Source: Treponemataceae bacterium (GTDB lineage: Bacteria > Spirochaetota > Spirochaetia > Treponematales > Rectinemataceae). Taken from it: a stretch of 64,000 bases of DNA. The stretch covers positions 2,208,001 through 2,272,000 of the forward strand of contig CAXXVZ010000003.1 of the NCBI GenBank assembly GCA_963678065.2. Reading direction: 5' to 3'. Below are positions 56,066 to 64,000 of this stretch, one piece after another (the stretch's first letter is position 1; the number at the start of each line of letters is the position of its first letter). A program made the position numbers and the translations under genes. Under the pieces are notes generated by a model. That model searched no databases. It saw only the letters and a program-made list of their open reading frames with translations, and was not told the origin of the DNA.

Positions 56066-57374
56066 GGCTGCCCTCCTTTCGCTCCATTTCGAGGAAGACC
56101 GAGTCGGCGTCCGGGGGAATCGCCGCAAGATCGATTTCCACTCTTTCCATCTCGGGCGGGCGCAGCGCCGCATAGCGCTTGTCGAGAACGGTGGCATCCC
56201 CCGCCCGCGCCGTCACGCGGACTCCGTCCTTGATTGTGGAGTTCGAGCGGAAATAGACGACTGCCGGCCCGGGGCGGGAGAGATCGAGCGACTGGGGCAC
56301 TGCGTAGAGGAAACCCGGCCCGGTCTTGAGCGGAATGGTCCGCCGCCCGGCACCGCGCCCACGGTTTGATTCCAGTCCGAGAGCAAATTCCGCCGCGGCG
56401 CGGCCCGCAGTCTCGCCCGACTCAGAGACATAATCGACGAGATCGTTCACGTGGAGCGCGTTACCGCACACGAAGACGCCGTCGACCGCGCTCGCCCCGC
56501 TCTGGTCCACGCGGGGGCCGCGGGTGGAGAGGTCGAGGGCGAGGCCGAGGGACTGCGCTATCTCGTTCTCGGGAATGAGGCCCACGGAGAGGATGAGGGT
56601 GTCGCAGGGCACCCTGCGCTCCGTCCCGGCCCGGACCTGCCCCCGGCTGTCGACAAAGGCCACGGTGACTGCCTCGACGCGGCGCTGGCCGTGGACCTCG
56701 GTCACCGTCGTGGAGAGGTGGAGCGGAATGCCGAAGTCTTCGAGGCACTGCCGCAGATTGCGCGAGAGCCCCGAAGGCTCGCCCTTTATCTCGTACACCC
56801 CCTCGATCTCCATGCCTTCGAGCGTCAGGCGCCTGGCCATGATGAGGCCGATGTCGCCCGAGCCGAGCACGACGGCTCTGTGGCCGGGGAGGAGTCCCTC
56901 GATGTTCACGAGGTGCTGGGCGAGCCCCGCAGTCAGGATACCCGCGGGGCGGTCGCCATGGATGAAGGCCTGCCTGTCCGTGCGCTCGCGGCAGCCCGTG
57001 GCCAGGACGAGGGCCCGGGCGGCCGCCTCGTAGACGCCTCTCTCCTTACTCACACACTCGAGGACGAAGCGCGTGCGCCCGCTCGCCACCTCCGTCTTCC
57101 TGACTCGGTGGACAAAGGTTTTCAGGTGGACTTCCATCGGGGTTTTCGCCACGAGTTCGATGAATCGCCGCGCATATTCGGGGCCCGCGAGCTGCTCGCC
57201 GAAGCGGACAAGGCCGAAGCCGTCGTGGACGCACTGTTTGAGGATGCCACCGAGGCGCTCCTCGCGCTCGACGAGACCCACCTTCGCGCCCTCCCCGTAG
57301 GCGGCGACCGCGGCGGCGAGACCCGCCGGTCCGCCCCCGAGCACGATCACGTCGTAATCGCTGCGCGGTATCAT
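56058..57374 (-). CDS. NAD(P)/FAD-dependent oxidoreductase subunit, partner of the GlpA-like dehydrogenase
   Basis: GGGPAG, GGILKQCVHDGFG, ATGCRER, GSGDIGLIMARR, CGNALHVNDLVD. Confidence 0.9.
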   Translation of the reverse strand: MIPRSDYDVIVLGGGPAGLAAAVAAYGEGAKVGLVEREERLGGILKQCVHDGFGLVRFGEQLAGPEYARRFIELVAKTPMEVHLKTFVHRVRKTEVASGRTRFVLECVSKERGVYEAAARALVLATGCRERTDRQAFIHGDRPAGILTAGLAQHLVNIEGLLPGHRAVVLGSGDIGLIMARRLTLEGMEIEGVYEIKGEPSGLSRNLRQCLEDFGIPLHLSTTVTEVHGQRRVEAVTVAFVDSRGQVRAGTERRVPCDTLILSVGLIPENEIAQSLGLALDLSTRGPRVDQSGASAVDGVFVCGNALHVNDLVDYVSESGETAGRAAAEFALGLESNRGRGAGRRTIPLKTGPGFLYAVPQSLDLSRPGPAVVYFRSNSTIKDGVRVTARAGDATVLDKRYAALRPPEMERVEIDLAAIPPDADSVFLEMERKEGSRV

Positions 57375-59161
57375 GCCCCGCCTCCTTCCGCTCCCGCCCC
57401 TCGTCGGCCATCTGCGACTTCTATCCCGCCAGGGATCGCATGCGCAACCCTGCTCTTCGTCTCGCCGAGCACGATACGTGATCCCGCCCCCTTCTTCGTG
57501 ACTTCGTCGAGGCCGATCCCGAGTTCGTCGGCCACTATCTCCATCACGCGGGGCGTGCAGAATCCGCCGTGGCAGCGGCCCATGCCCGAGCGGGTGCGTC
57601 GCTTGACCGCATCGAGGTTCCGGGCAGGAACCGCCGAGCGGAGCGCGTCCCGGATCTCGCCCTCAGAGACCTCCTCGCAGCGACACACGATGCGGCCGTA
57701 CGAGGGGTTCTTCGCGATGGCGCGCGCTCTCTCCTCCAAGGGAAGGCGCTTGAGTTCGATGGGGGCGTCGCGGACCGCGGTGAAGGACTCGTTGGGCAAC
57801 ACCTTCTTGGTCTCTTCGAGAATTTCGACCGCGAGGCGCGCGACTTCGGCCGCGATGGCCGGGGCCGAGGCGAGGCCGGGCGACTGGATGCCCGCCGCGT
57901 GCACGAGGTTCGCGACTCTGGCCGAGCGCTCGACGACGAAGTCTTCCTCGTAGGTGCAGGGGCGGACGCCAGCGAAGTAGGTGATGGCCATCGACGGCGA
58001 GAGTCGCCTGTTGATGCGGAAGTGCTTCTCGAGTTCCCTGAGCTCGGCGGGATGAGTGTCGTAGGCCTCGCGGCCCGGGGCTTCGGAGGCAGTGGGCCCC
58101 ACGAGTATGTTGCCCTCGACAGTCTTCACGAGGCCGCCCCCCTTGGTCCTGGCCTTGGACTGCGTCAGGGCGGGCATGCCGAGGATGTGGTTCTGAAGCC
58201 TGCCAGTGGTCTCGTCGAGGATCATGTCGACCCCGCGGCGCTGGTGGAGGCTGAAGAAACGGTCGTCAGCCCAAGACGCCACGACATCGGCCCAGTTGCC
58301 CGCGGCGTTCACGACTGCGCCGACGCGGAAATCGCCTTGCGTCGAGAGGACACGCACGACGCGCCCATGCTCGCGCTCGAAGCCAGTCGCGCAGGCGTTG
58401 AGGACGATGCGTGCGCCGTTTATCGCGGCGCTCTCTGCGAGGGCTGCCGTAGCCTTGTAGGGGGAAATAATGCCCGCGCTCGGGAGGAAGAAGCCGCCCT
58501 TCTGGTCTCCTGTGATGTTGGGTTCCTCAGCGCGGAGACGCCGGGGACTCCAGTACTCCCAGCCGTCGACGCCGTTCTTCTTCGCCCGCGCGGCGAGCAC
58601 CGGGTAGAGGGCGGCCACCGCCGCGCTGCGGAAGACAATGAGAGAGCCAGGCCGCTCAAAATCCAGGCCGAGTTCGCGGGCGAGCGGCTCCCAGAGCCTG
58701 TTTCCGAGGACATTGTACTTCGCCTTGAGCGTCCCCGGCTTGGCGGCGAAGCCGTCGTGGATCATGCCGTCGTTCCGGCTCGACGTGTGGACAGCGACAT
58801 CCTCCTCTTTCTCGAGGAGAACCGTCGAGATCCGCCACGTGGCGAGTTCGCGGGCAATGGCGCAGCCGATCACGCCTCCCCCCACGATGGCGACATCGAA
58901 GCAGCCTCCCTCGAGGGGCCTGTCCCCCGTCGTCGGGTCGGAGGGGGCCGGCGCCTCGCGCCCTGCCCACTCGAGTCCCTTCACCGCGATATCGTTGACG
59001 ACGCCCTTGAACCCGGCTCCTGCGGCGTACCAGCCGAGCTCCATCTTCTCCTGCCAGGAATCCGCCCGGCCTTCGAGCACTATGCTCCCTCGGTCCTCCC
59101 TGGCGTCGACCGCGTCGCCGGCCCTCTTCCGCAAGCCCTTTCTGAGCTTTTCGAGGCTCAC
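57371..59161 (-). CDS. GlpA/LhgO-like FAD dehydrogenase with an N-terminal BON domain and C-terminal BFD-type [2Fe-2S] domain
   Basis: BON-like 'IVLEGRADSW...GVVNDIAV', GGGVIG, TSSRNDGMIH, GIQSPGL, VCRCEEV...GRCHGGFC. Confidence 0.88.
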   Translation of the reverse strand: MSLEKLRKGLRKRAGDAVDAREDRGSIVLEGRADSWQEKMELGWYAAGAGFKGVVNDIAVKGLEWAGREAPAPSDPTTGDRPLEGGCFDVAIVGGGVIGCAIARELATWRISTVLLEKEEDVAVHTSSRNDGMIHDGFAAKPGTLKAKYNVLGNRLWEPLARELGLDFERPGSLIVFRSAAVAALYPVLAARAKKNGVDGWEYWSPRRLRAEEPNITGDQKGGFFLPSAGIISPYKATAALAESAAINGARIVLNACATGFEREHGRVVRVLSTQGDFRVGAVVNAAGNWADVVASWADDRFFSLHQRRGVDMILDETTGRLQNHILGMPALTQSKARTKGGGLVKTVEGNILVGPTASEAPGREAYDTHPAELRELEKHFRINRRLSPSMAITYFAGVRPCTYEEDFVVERSARVANLVHAAGIQSPGLASAPAIAAEVARLAVEILEETKKVLPNESFTAVRDAPIELKRLPLEERARAIAKNPSYGRIVCRCEEVSEGEIRDALRSAVPARNLDAVKRRTRSGMGRCHGGFCTPRVMEIVADELGIGLDEVTKKGAGSRIVLGETKSRVAHAIPGGIEVADGRRGAGAEGGGA

Positions 59162-59925
59162 CGCGACGCCTCCCCCTGTTCCGCGACGGCGCCCAGTATG
59201 CGCCGCAGGTTCTTTTCCCCGTACTCGAGGATGCTTCGCATCGTGTCCGCCGCTTTTTTCTCCCTGCGCGCCGCGATCGCGGACGCGAGCTCCCTGTGGA
59301 GGCGGAAAACCTCGGGGACGACGGAGGGATCCGTGTAGAAGCGGTCGAGTATCTTCTCGTATATCCGCTTCATCGAATTCATGATGAGGGGATACATGTC
59401 ATTGCCCGAGGCTATGGCAACCGCGAGGTGGAAATCGTAGTCGAGCGCCGTCACATCGTGCGGCTCCCGGTACTCCAGAAGCCGTTCCCTCGCCACGATC
59501 CGCTCCAACTCCTCCACGCGCTCGTCGGTGCGCCTCGTGGCCGCAAGCCTCGCGGTCTCCGTCTCGAAGAGGATGCGCAGCTCGAGGATGCTGTCGAAAA
59601 AGTGAGGGGATATCTCGCCCCCCGAGTAGCTCATGAGCGAGAGGAGCATCTCGACCGAGCCCTCGCGCCGCCAGTCCGCAACGAAGACACCGCGTCTGCT
59701 CTCTATATGCACGAGACCCCGGCCGGCGAGTTCGCCGAGGGCCGCGTGAACCACCGGCCTGGAAGCCTGGAGGGACTCGGCGAGTTCCCGTTCGGGGGGG
59801 AGCCTCTCGCCCGGAGAGAATCGGCCCGAGAGGATGAGCTCCTCGAAGCGGGCGATGAAGTTCTCTTTTTTGCTCCGTGGCCTCGCGCCGCCGTCTGACT
59901 CGGAAACAGGCTGCTTTTCTTTCAT
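59158..59925 (-). CDS. FadR/GntR family transcriptional regulator
   Basis: GERLPPERELAESLQASRPVV, ELRILFE, DYDFH, ASGN. Confidence 0.93.
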   Translation of the reverse strand: MKEKQPVSESDGGARPRSKKENFIARFEELILSGRFSPGERLPPERELAESLQASRPVVHAALGELAGRGLVHIESRRGVFVADWRREGSVEMLLSLMSYSGGEISPHFFDSILELRILFETETARLAATRRTDERVEELERIVARERLLEYREPHDVTALDYDFHLAVAIASGNDMYPLIMNSMKRIYEKILDRFYTDPSVVPEVFRLHRELASAIAARREKKAADTMRSILEYGEKNLRRILGAVAEQGEASR

Positions 59926-59926
59926 C

Positions 59927-59991
59927 TGGTCAATCCAATAATTCTCGTGGTATTACCAGAGTAGTAAAGAGCCGTTTTTTGAAACTGTCAA
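59927..59991 (-). promoter_or_regulatory. Promoter with FadR-type operators
   Basis: TTGACA at 59991-59986; perfect TGGT-N3-ACCA box (TGGTATTACCA, 59948-59958) and a second one-mismatch box TGGTCAATCCA (59927-59937). Confidence 0.72.
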
Positions 59992-60187
59992 GAAAATAGT
60001 GAGCCATCGTGATGAAGAAGTCGCCCTTCGCGAGAATCTGGTACACCTTGTGCCCCGCGTCGGTCATCGCTCGTGAATTCTCCTTGACAAGGGATGATCC
60101 GATCCTCCGTCTTTCCATTGGTTTAGTGTCAAGGATCCATGAAAAAAGGGACAATCGCGCCCTCTCTGGATGAGTCCACTGTCGGGA

Positions 60188-61021
60188 TCAGTTTTGTTGA
60201 TGGATTTTTCGATAGAGTGAAGGCGGAAGTCCTGTACATTTATGAAAGACACGTGAAAAGTGGAATTCACTTTCGAAACCAAAAATCTCGGAGGTTTCTC
60301 TTATAGTTTTGTCATCCCGGATGAGATACTCAGCAGCCACCATTATTTTCAGTCTGGTAAAATACTGATGAGGGGATATTTTCATCTGCTTCCTGAAAAG
60401 GCGGATAAGATATTCTTCGCTTAAACCGATTTCTCCGGCCAATACGGCGATTGAAAGTTTTGATTTCACTTCCCGGCGCATTATGCTTAGCGCTCGATTT
60501 ACATGCACATGGATGTGCATATCAAGCTGGCTATGTTCAGATTCTTTTGGATTCCTGTGCTTCACTCCATAAAATCCATACAGAAACGACAACAATTGAT
60601 GAGTCGCGGCTTTTTGCGAAAAAGCATCGTTTTTAGGTGAGAGGTGTATTATTTCATCAAAAATGACATGGTATCCATTGTCGAGCGGGAGGGGAGCGCC
60701 GTCGCTGCGTGAATGCAAAGTCAGCAAGTCCAGAAGTTCATGATCGCTTTTTTTGAGGAAGAATTTGACAGTGTAATATGATGTTGTCATCAGATTTTTG
60801 GGTTCTGCTGGGAAAAGCTGATGGAATTCATAGGGGCCAGTCAGAAAAATCATTTGCTGCTGAATGGGATACCGGATGTTATTATTCAGAAAAAAGCCGT
60901 CTCCTTCGATGAAAAAATGAAGTTCGAATTCTCCTTCGTTGTGTGCGTGATAAATGGGATTTAATGCCCGCAGATCTCTGCTAGACAGTAAATGCCTGAA
61001 GAATGCTTCTAGAATAAGCAT
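60188..61021 (-). CDS. AraC family transcriptional regulator (cupin + HTH)
   Basis: YHAH...ELHFF.EG cupin, 'LSEEYLIRLFRK...SPHQY', 'GFESEFHFSRVFHK.TG.PPS.YRK'. Confidence 0.92.
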   Translation of the reverse strand: MLILEAFFRHLLSSRDLRALNPIYHAHNEGEFELHFFIEGDGFFLNNNIRYPIQQQMIFLTGPYEFHQLFPAEPKNLMTTSYYTVKFFLKKSDHELLDLLTLHSRSDGAPLPLDNGYHVIFDEIIHLSPKNDAFSQKAATHQLLSFLYGFYGVKHRNPKESEHSQLDMHIHVHVNRALSIMRREVKSKLSIAVLAGEIGLSEEYLIRLFRKQMKISPHQYFTRLKIMVAAEYLIRDDKTIRETSEIFGFESEFHFSRVFHKCTGLPPSLYRKIHQQN

Positions 61022-61167
61022 ATAAAATCGTATCAATTTTAGACATGGGATGTCAAGTTTTTCTATGGTGCGATCAAAACATCGGGTTTATAAATATCCA
61101 CAAGAATCGTCAATCTTGGTTGGTTATGGCTGGTGTGCCATAAAATAGGAATGAGGAGGGTGTGAGG

Positions 61168-62421
61168 ATGAAAAGAAAGGCGTGGCTGTTTTTTGTTTCC
61201 GTGCTGATGATGACGGGCATTCCCGCGTACATATGTGGCGGGCAGGTGAATGCAAAACCTGTTGAGGTATCTCTGTGGTACTGGGACAATGCCAACAATT
61301 GTGTAACTACCGTCATTGACATGTTCAACAAGTCTCAGTCTGAGATAGTGGTAAAGGGAGAACAGATCGGCTGGGACGTGATGTACCAGAAACTTGTAAC
61401 TGCCTGTATTGCCGGCACCGGCCCCGATGGTTTTCTTGCGGTTGTTCAGTGGATGGCTGAGCTGAATCAAATGAAAGCTGTCGCTGACTTGACTAAACTT
61501 TACAACGCGTGGCCCGATCACACAGATGTTCTGCCGGGAGTAAAGCGTTTCCTGCATGCTGATGAAAATAGCCCGATTATGGCCATGCCCTCAGCCAACA
61601 CACCGCTTTATTTGTATTGCCGAAAAGATTTATTTGATAAATACAATGTCAAGCTTCCGGAGACCATGGATGAGTTTTATGATGCTTGTAAAAAACTTAC
61701 GCGAGATACGGATGGCGATGGAAAGATTGATCTGTACGGATTTGGATTGCGGGGAGCGCGGGGAGGAAGCGACCCGTGGCAAAGTTTCATTATGGCCGAG
61801 ATCGGCGGATCGATGCTCGACAGCGAAGGAAAGGTCAGGTTCAATTCTCCTGCCGGTATAAAAGCAAATCAGAGATACCTTGATATTTTCTATAACGGCT
61901 GGGCTCCGCCGACCGCGCCAAGAGATGGTTTTGCAGAACTGATTCAGAACATGAAGGCGAATGTGACGGCGATGATGGTGCATCATTTTGGATCATATGC
62001 TGACATGCAGAAATTTTTCGGAGACAAAATCGTGGCGATTCCATTGCCCAAAGGTTCAAAGGGCAGATGGGTCCCGAATATTCCCAGCATCAATGTCATT
62101 AATGCCAAGAGCAAAAAAATCAACGAAGTTTTCAAGTTCTACGAGTACTGGGCATCCCCGGAAGCCGGAGGCAAGTATTGTGAGCTTTATGGCCAGGCTC
62201 CAACAACCAACAAGATAGCGCAAATGGATTTCTTTAAGAATAACCGTTTTGCGAAGGTCTCTGTCGCATCGGCCGATGATTCGTACGTTCTTCCCTGGAG
62301 CAAAAAATCGGGGCAATATATGGAGGTCGTGTGGCCGCAGATAATGCAACGCGCATTGTTGAAGCAAATCACGGGCTCGCAAATGATCGATGAATTGACC
62401 AGATTTTTCGAACAGCCGTAA
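61168..62421 (+). CDS. Carbohydrate ABC transporter substrate-binding protein
   Basis: Signal peptide, GTGPD, LYCRKDLF, 'LTRDTDGDGKIDLYGF'; GAGGAGG RBS (GTG 61162 is an alternative start). Confidence 0.9.
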   Translation: MKRKAWLFFVSVLMMTGIPAYICGGQVNAKPVEVSLWYWDNANNCVTTVIDMFNKSQSEIVVKGEQIGWDVMYQKLVTACIAGTGPDGFLAVVQWMAELNQMKAVADLTKLYNAWPDHTDVLPGVKRFLHADENSPIMAMPSANTPLYLYCRKDLFDKYNVKLPETMDEFYDACKKLTRDTDGDGKIDLYGFGLRGARGGSDPWQSFIMAEIGGSMLDSEGKVRFNSPAGIKANQRYLDIFYNGWAPPTAPRDGFAELIQNMKANVTAMMVHHFGSYADMQKFFGDKIVAIPLPKGSKGRWVPNIPSINVINAKSKKINEVFKFYEYWASPEAGGKYCELYGQAPTTNKIAQMDFFKNNRFAKVSVASADDSYVLPWSKKSGQYMEVVWPQIMQRALLKQITGSQMIDELTRFFEQP

Positions 62422-62439
62422 AAGAAGATAGCGCTGAAA

Positions 62440-62493
62440 GATTATGCATATCAGCATCAATGTCGCAAAGCATACAATGCGATATGCATAATC
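62440..62493 (+). other. Intercistronic stem-loop
   Basis: 13-bp perfect arms GATTATGCATATC / GATATGCATAATC between the binding-protein and permease genes. Confidence 0.6.
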
Positions 62494-62521
62494 GCGGCGC
62501 GAATGGAGTGATATTCGAATC

Positions 62522-63427
62522 ATGAAGACAAGCCGCTTAACTAGATTACAGAAGAGAAAACGATACATCCCGTATCTTCTTATCATGCCGGCAGTATTAT
62601 TCGCGGCTTTAGTTGTCGTTTACCCGCTAGTCAATTGCCTTATCCTCAGTACAAAACAGTATTTTCTGGTTGATCCGGATAATGTCAAATTCATCGGCCT
62701 GAAAAATTTTGTCAATTTATTTTCAGACAAGCAATTCTTGGCGGCTTCGTCTGTGACTGCGATTTGGACGGTGGTGATTGTCTTGTTTCAGCTGCTTCTG
62801 GGTCTTGGGATATCGCTTGTTTTGAACCGACATTTTTTTGGGAGAGGATTCGTACGTGGAGTGGTGCTCATCCCTTGGGTGACCACGCCGGTCTTGGTGG
62901 CATTGATGTGGGTATTGATGTATGACGGGAATTATGGCGTTTTCAATGATTTGTTGATGAAATTCGGAATAATTCAAAATAAAGTCCCTTGGTTGAGCCA
63001 GATATCAACGGCTCTGATATGCGTAATGATCGTGATGATTTGGACTGGAGTTCCATTCTTCGTCCTGATGCTGCTTGCTTCCTTGCAAAGCATACCACTC
63101 GAATTGTATGAATCTGCTTCCGTGGACGGCGCCAGTTGTATTAAAAAATTCTTTTACATCACTTTACCGCTGATTATGCCAACCTTGCTCATCACTACAT
63201 TGCTGAGAATTATCTGGGTATCAAATAATGTCGATGTACTCAATGTCATGACCGGAGGCGGTCCGGGATATGCCACGCAGACTTTGTCTTTATATGCCTA
63301 TTTAACGGCTCAGAAGTCGTATAACTTCGGCTATGCATCCTCGATGGCAGTTGTGTGGTCGATGATCCTGGGTCTGTTTCTGGTTTTATACAACATTCTT
63401 TCGGAAAAACTGGAAAAGGTGGGTTGA
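62522..63427 (+). CDS. Carbohydrate ABC transporter permease
   Basis: FIGLKNF, IPW, 'LYESASVDGA', TGGGPG. Confidence 0.93.
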   Translation: MKTSRLTRLQKRKRYIPYLLIMPAVLFAALVVVYPLVNCLILSTKQYFLVDPDNVKFIGLKNFVNLFSDKQFLAASSVTAIWTVVIVLFQLLLGLGISLVLNRHFFGRGFVRGVVLIPWVTTPVLVALMWVLMYDGNYGVFNDLLMKFGIIQNKVPWLSQISTALICVMIVMIWTGVPFFVLMLLASLQSIPLELYESASVDGASCIKKFFYITLPLIMPTLLITTLLRIIWVSNNVDVLNVMTGGGPGYATQTLSLYAYLTAQKSYNFGYASSMAVVWSMILGLFLVLYNILSEKLEKVG

Positions 63428-63431
63428 TAAA

Positions 63432-64000
63432 GTGCTTAAGAATTTAAGACACTATTCGTTCGAATTTTTGATGTGGGCGATAATTCTCATTTTGCTTGTT
63501 GTCGTCTGTTTTCCCTTTATATGGACCTTCCTGACTTCCATTAAATTTTCGGACGATTTCTATACCTCAAAACTCATATATTTTCCCAAGCGAATAACGT
63601 TCAGCAGCTACTCTACTCTGATGAAAAACCACAATTTCCTCAAAAACATGGGAAACTCCTCGGTCGTTGCTATTTGTACCGCTACCATAAGCATAACTAT
63701 ATCAACTATGGCCGCCTACAGTTTTGCCAGGTTCACTTTCAGGGGAAGAAAAACAATTATGTCCGGGCTCATTCTGATTTATATGTTCCCGCAGGTCTTG
63801 TTGATGATTCCCATGTATCTGATCATGAGATCACTGGGCCTCCTTAATACCTTCTGGAGCCTCGTTTTGGCATACAGCACCTTTTCCATACCTTTCGCGA
63901 CTTGGTTGATGACGGGTTTCCTGAAACAGATTCCCGTCGAACTTGAAGAAGCTGCGAAGATAGACGGCTGCAACGGCATACAAAGTTTTTTTTCGGTGAC
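63432..64000 (+). CDS. Carbohydrate ABC transporter permease, runs off the window
   Basis: GTG start, FPFIWTFLTSIK, AAYSFARF, 'ELEEAAKIDG'; no stop before the end of the window. Confidence 0.88.
   Translation, partial: MLKNLRHYSFEFLMWAIILILLVVVCFPFIWTFLTSIKFSDDFYTSKLIYFPKRITFSSYSTLMKNHNFLKNMGNSSVVAICTATISITISTMAAYSFARFTFRGRKTIMSGLILIYMFPQVLLMIPMYLIMRSLGLLNTFWSLVLAYSTFSIPFATWLMTGFLKQIPVELEEAAKIDGCNGIQSFFSV

Noticed and set aside
59990..60070. Protein-like fragment MTDAGHKVYQILAKGDFFITMAH at the island boundary
   Set aside because: It has host-like codons and may be a truncated gene, but I cannot assign a family; a BLASTX search would decide.
60981..61046. Alternative ATG at 61046 suggesting a frameshifted araC 5' end
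   Set aside because: ATG 61021 gives a complete cupin N-terminus and fits the promoter spacing, so no frameshift is needed.
1..64000. rRNA, tRNA, riboswitch, IS or prophage elements
   Set aside because: None were recognised by eye; intergenic gaps are short and no transposase or integrase motifs appear. A covariance-model scan was not possible.

Overview
About 60 kb of GC-rich chromosome followed by an AT-richer segment from about 60.1 kb (GC judged by eye). The source is most likely an anaerobic free-living spirochaete (Spirochaetia, Treponema/Rectinema-like), inferred from protein style and gene content. Housekeeping genes include mnmE-mnmG, truA, trxA, sbcB-slyX, a lipoate ligase and BioY-ECF. 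Catabolic loci include a GntR-activase-HypD glycyl-radical hydroxyproline dehydratase operon, a pgmB/ABC/LacI/GH65 alpha-glucoside phosphorolysis regulon with two matching operators, and a FadR-controlled operon of BON-GlpA-like dehydrogenase, FGGY kinase and alkyl-DHAP-synthase-like enzyme. The most unusual items are a eukaryote-type protein N-terminal glutamine amidase (NTAQ1/WDYHV) homologue, the candidate anaerobic ether-lipid operon, an SH3-M48 protease-CHASE2 adenylate cyclase operon, and a 962-aa membrane protein with a degenerate PHP domain. Also notable are repeated leaderless promoter architecture, a collapsed DUF438 pseudogene that keeps its operator, and a MarR gene without a canonical start codon. 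I saw no rRNA, tRNA, CRISPR array or transposase. All family calls come from motif recognition by eye, not from database searches.
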